DNA of 26,114 bases from a virus (taxonomy: Duplodnaviria; Caudoviricetes), in IMG/VR virus record IMGVR_UViG_3300049166_000009, positions 1 to 26,114 of that record; one strand, 5' to 3'. How positions within the stretch are numbered: the stretch's first letter is position 1; every line of letters begins with the position of its first letter. The translations under genes and the position numbers were made by a program. Below the pieces are notes generated by a model. The model was not told the DNA's origin. It searched no databases and was given only the letters and a program-made list of their open reading frames with translations. Shown here one piece after another: positions 22,621-26,114 of the stretch.

Positions 22621-25600
22621 TTAGCGTTCATTTACTGTAATCCTTGCCGTAAAACTTTTTGGTTTTTCTTTAGCTGGTTTAACTACACTATTAAAAGTAA
22701 CTTTCCAGTTGTCCATTCCCATACTAATACCTCTTTTAACAATGTGATCAGGTGCAATACTACAAACCATATTTTCACCATCGTAAATGTTGGCATAACC
22801 TTTTTCGGGAACAGTCTTTAATGTAAATTCCTTACCAATCAAACCACTAGTTACTTCCTTTGCACATCTCCCACGTGTGAGCATTCTTACTTTCTCACAT
22901 ATTACAGGTTCAATATTACTATCTTCTTTCTTTTCGTACCAAATGTGGCACATGAATTCATTGTGTTTATTCTCCATTTCTAATATGGCATAATGTCTTC
23001 CCATGTTAGATAAAACCACATAATTACCGTCTTCTAATTTAGTTCTAATAACAATCGGATTCTCTAGAATTTTAGTCTCTCTTCTATTCAATTCTACTTG
23101 TCTAATCGTCATCTTTCCATATCTCACTTCAGCAATACCAGTAATGTTCTCCTTAGTATCAATATTACCTAAGTTATGTAATACAGTCTTTGTATCAATC
23201 CTATTCTGCAATGCATTATACCGCATTCCTTCATAGGCAGTATCCCATGCAAAATCATAATTATCTTTTAATCGATAAGCTAATTCAATAGAAGCAGTGG
23301 CGAGTATACTAATATTTGGCTCAATTTTACGACACTTCATTTTATACTTCTGTTTAATCGTTGAATATTTTGAGCGAATACGATCACGTTCTTCTGAGTC
23401 TTGCTTTATCTTAGGTTGCTCTTCAAACTTAGCAATTTCAAGGTTTACATCTTTTCTTTCTTTGGTATATTCCTTATAAAATGGGGTTAATTTTTCAATC
23501 ACTTCATTTAGATAACTATGATACGGTAGACCATTACGATATTGAAAAATCTCCATAGAATTACCAATCGATTGATAATAATCAAAATCAATTTCTCTAA
23601 GTTCAAGATTCTTAATCTTATCTTTTTGTCTTTCAATCCATCTAACATACTGATTAATTGGTGAATCAGTATTACTACTAAAATTATCACGCTTTCCACC
23701 ATAAACATGATACATGAAGTACGGCTTCTTCATTTTTCGACCATGCATTTGAATTGGATATGCAATATCAACTTCTTCACCAGTCTTAGCTGCGTCAATA
23801 AGCATCATTTGATAAATCTTATTCACACTAACCACTAAATCTGCTTTTAAATAATCGCCATATGCTAATGCAATATCTTGAAATTTTGTATTCCAATTAG
23901 TTAGAATGCCAATCATTGATTTTGTATTACGTTTCTCATAGTTGATTATTTCTTCTAAGCTATATTCAGTGTAATCAGTTTTACCGCCTGTAAATTGCTT
24001 ATCTCCTTCATGAATAAGTGGAACATTGTCATGCATTCCTTTTAGTAAGAGCGGTTCTTGCGTATAAAGCGCTGTGTCTCCATCAACATCGGCTGTGAAT
24101 TTAGGTAATAACAAATCATTAATACCAGTTACAATAATTGAATCTAAATGCTTAACATACTTGTTATCTGATTTGACAAATTGAGCCTTAACCGTTTCTT
24201 TTGGGCTAGTTGTAGGATTTCTCATTAACAAGTGCTGTCCTTCCGTTCCCTTCTTATAGGCTGAATAAGGTGCATCCAAGAAGCCTTCTACCTTCTCTTC
24301 ATCTCTATATCTAACCCACTCCATAAACGCAATTGGATCTTGTGTTAGATAACGATAACCGCCACGAATAGGAATGCGACCACGACACAAATTTTTCAAC
24401 TCATCCATTACACGTTTCTTTAAGAAATTCTGTATCTTTTTATCATGGATTAGTCGCTCATCAATACTAAGCATATCAAGACACTTATCACTGAAATATT
24501 CATTATCATTTGGTGAGTCCATCATCTGTAAGAATGACTTGATGTACGCAACATCCTTACCTTCCTTCACTTTATATAGAAGCTTCTCATAAGGCTTGCT
24601 TAATTCCTTTAAGTCCTCAAAAGTGAGATTAGGTAAAGCATAGATAAATTGATAGTTTAATGGTGTGAATTCCTTCATCATCGACTCACGTTTAGCATAG
24701 TTAGCTACACCAAAAGTTTTAATACCATATTTACCCATTGCTTTATACCACTCATCTACAGAATTGAATAAACATTTTTTCTTCCCTGTGCTATAATCGT
24801 GAAATGTTTTCCAACATGATTCAGTTGCTAAAATGTCAATGTCATCAATACTATGAGTATCGCCAAATAGATCAGTAATCTCAGTGACTCCATTATTAGC
24901 GCACCATCTTTTAATATCAAAACGAGTGATTAACGATTTGAAATATGGTAATCTACCTTGAATGCCATTAGTTGTGTATTTCAATCCCAATTCTTGACTA
25001 GCTTTCTCAAACCACTCAAAGCTACCTAATGCCTGTCCGTCAAACATTGTCATTGGTACAGCTCGATTTTCTAAGTGATTAACCTTTTTTCCGATTGTTG
25101 CACTATTACACTTTGGAAATGAAATCTCTTCTGTTTGTTCAATTTTATAAACTGGATAAATATTATCATTATACTTACCATATCCAACAGGCTTTGAAAT
25201 TTCCTCTAATTTGATACTACGTTTCTCTTTGTACCAAGCATTCTTTGACTTATGAGTCTCAAAATCTGACCAGTCATAGAAAGGAAGTATTTTTAACTCA
25301 TCATCAGACAGTCTATTTTCTTTCCATTCAGCTTTAAGTGCTTTATCCTTCTCAATCTGTGCATCTATAAGAGCAATTTGTTCAGGGTCAGTTTCACAGT
25401 CTCGAACAACTTCAATATCTTCTTTGATAAGCTTATCCATATCCTCAATAAAGACAATATTCGGTACTGATTCAATCATTAGCACAGATGATAAGCTAAT
25501 TCCATAAGCTGCTTCTAATTTAGATACAACTGTATGAGTTGGAATTTTACCAAGTGACACATACTCCATCACCTTTTTAGCAATATCATCACGAATAAAC

Positions 25601-25923
25601 AATGTTTTTTGAGTACGTACCATAGATGGAGATTTAACCGACTTAATGTATTTAACACCATCTAGCCAAATTCCTTCCTTCAATACTTGCTCATAGATAG
25701 CTAGTTTCTCATCATCATCCTCTTTCATTTCATCAAATTTCAAGATAAAATAAGTGTTGTCTGGAATGTATTCATCAAGTACATTCTCAATGGATTGAAT
25801 AAAAAAGTTACGGAAATGCTCAATGTCTCTACCTTTTTCAGTAATTGTTAGTTTATCGTTATCAGTATTAATATTATTTAAATGATATTGCTTAACAGTA
25901 ATTTGACTGCGTTTCTTAGTCAT
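22621..25923 (-). CDS. Single-subunit two-barrel RNA polymerase, eukaryotic RdRP-like/YonO-like (YRH)
   Basis: Ordered motifs of the cellular RdRP family: KSPSMVR, AYGISLSS, FDGQ, IQGRLPYFKS, MRNPT, HLDSII, catalytic ADVDGD (DxDGD), IGILTN, IDAAKTG, KPYFM; start placed at ATG 25923 after AAGGAG. Confidence 0.88.
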   Translation of the reverse strand: MTKKRSQITVKQYHLNNINTDNDKLTITEKGRDIEHFRNFFIQSIENVLDEYIPDNTYFILKFDEMKEDDDEKLAIYEQVLKEGIWLDGVKYIKSVKSPSMVRTQKTLFIRDDIAKKVMEYVSLGKIPTHTVVSKLEAAYGISLSSVLMIESVPNIVFIEDMDKLIKEDIEVVRDCETDPEQIALIDAQIEKDKALKAEWKENRLSDDELKILPFYDWSDFETHKSKNAWYKEKRSIKLEEISKPVGYGKYNDNIYPVYKIEQTEEISFPKCNSATIGKKVNHLENRAVPMTMFDGQALGSFEWFEKASQELGLKYTTNGIQGRLPYFKSLITRFDIKRWCANNGVTEITDLFGDTHSIDDIDILATESCWKTFHDYSTGKKKCLFNSVDEWYKAMGKYGIKTFGVANYAKRESMMKEFTPLNYQFIYALPNLTFEDLKELSKPYEKLLYKVKEGKDVAYIKSFLQMMDSPNDNEYFSDKCLDMLSIDERLIHDKKIQNFLKKRVMDELKNLCRGRIPIRGGYRYLTQDPIAFMEWVRYRDEEKVEGFLDAPYSAYKKGTEGQHLLMRNPTTSPKETVKAQFVKSDNKYVKHLDSIIVTGINDLLLPKFTADVDGDTALYTQEPLLLKGMHDNVPLIHEGDKQFTGGKTDYTEYSLEEIINYEKRNTKSMIGILTNWNTKFQDIALAYGDYLKADLVVSVNKIYQMMLIDAAKTGEEVDIAYPIQMHGRKMKKPYFMYHVYGGKRDNFSSNTDSPINQYVRWIERQKDKIKNLELREIDFDYYQSIGNSMEIFQYRNGLPYHSYLNEVIEKLTPFYKEYTKERKDVNLEIAKFEEQPKIKQDSEERDRIRSKYSTIKQKYKMKCRKIEPNISILATASIELAYRLKDNYDFAWDTAYEGMRYNALQNRIDTKTVLHNLGNIDTKENITGIAEVRYGKMTIRQVELNRRETKILENPIVIRTKLEDGNYVVLSNMGRHYAILEMENKHNEFMCHIWYEKKEDSNIEPVICEKVRMLTRGRCAKEVTSGLIGKEFTLKTVPEKGYANIYDGENMVCSIAPDHIVKRGISMGMDNWKVTFNSVVKPAKEKPKSFTARITVNER

Positions 25924-25966
25924 TTGACCACTCCTTAGATTAGATTTTAAGATTAAATACAAGTTC

Positions 25967-26031
25967 AGGGGTGGTAAAATTATTTTTTGAAGAAAACCAC
26001 TTCAAAAAATAATCTGACCCGTACCACCCCT
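25967..26031. repeat. Nested inverted repeat upstream of the RNAP gene
   Basis: Perfect 14-bp arms 25979-25992/26000-26013 inside perfect 10-bp arms 25967-25976/26022-26031. Confidence 0.9.
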
Positions 26032-26114
26032 CTTGTTTCCGCTACGCTACAACAATTCACCCCGACGGCTTATTTGTTATTTTGGTATTTTAAAATCGAC
26101 ACTTTTCATTTCCC

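Larger units (their letters stand above)
114..26114 (-). mobile_element. Siphovirus-type prophage/phage, late region (continues beyond the right edge)
   Basis: Complete ordered packaging-head-neck-tail-lysis module; no integrase or att site identifiable in the window. Confidence 0.93.

Noticed and set aside
130-24592. Plus-strand and nested ORFs in the track (e.g. 130-360, 1938-2483, 7804-8289, 8434-8901, 9310-9624, 14081-14347, 20430-20675, 23297-23479, 24374-24592; nested 8071-8301, 12238-12510, 23508-23708)
   Set aside because: They are shadows of well-supported minus-strand genes, with no convincing RBS or recognisable motifs.
22621-25923. Viral (palm-domain) RdRP or reverse transcriptase/DGR interpretation
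   Set aside because: The motifs are of the DxDGD two-barrel type, not GDD/YADD, and no template/variable repeat pair was noticed.
21856-25962. Longest-ORF starts in the track for HNH (22503) and RNAP (25962); similarly terL, portal, Mrr and tal
   Set aside because: The extensions run through terminators, promoters or upstream genes; downstream starts have clear Shine-Dalgarno sequences.

Overview
This AT-rich window looks like the late half of a Bacillaceae-type temperate siphophage or prophage, encoded almost entirely on the minus strand. In transcription order (right to left) it holds: a ~1100-aa single-subunit RNA polymerase of the eukaryotic RdRP-like/YonO (YRH) class; an HNH endonuclease; a tiny plus-strand transcription unit (36-aa basic peptide inside a self-pairing RNA); a row of self-contained morons (membrane-anchored Mrr-like nuclease, DUF1878-like, TM protein, HEPN-like); HNH-cos-terS-terL; a frameshifted portal; protease; HK97 capsid; neck genes; tail tube; chaperones; tape measure; a distal-tail gene split by a hyaluronidase-like fibre cassette; an M14 peptidase module; Tal; holin and amidase. 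The strongest candidate for a new system is a compact cos-type phage with its own RdRP-like RNA polymerase (carrying a possible BHD/ArdCN-like insert) upstream of a late operon full of host-type terminators and a structured GGAU-hairpin leader before the capsid gene. All family calls come from motif recognition by eye; no database searches were run.
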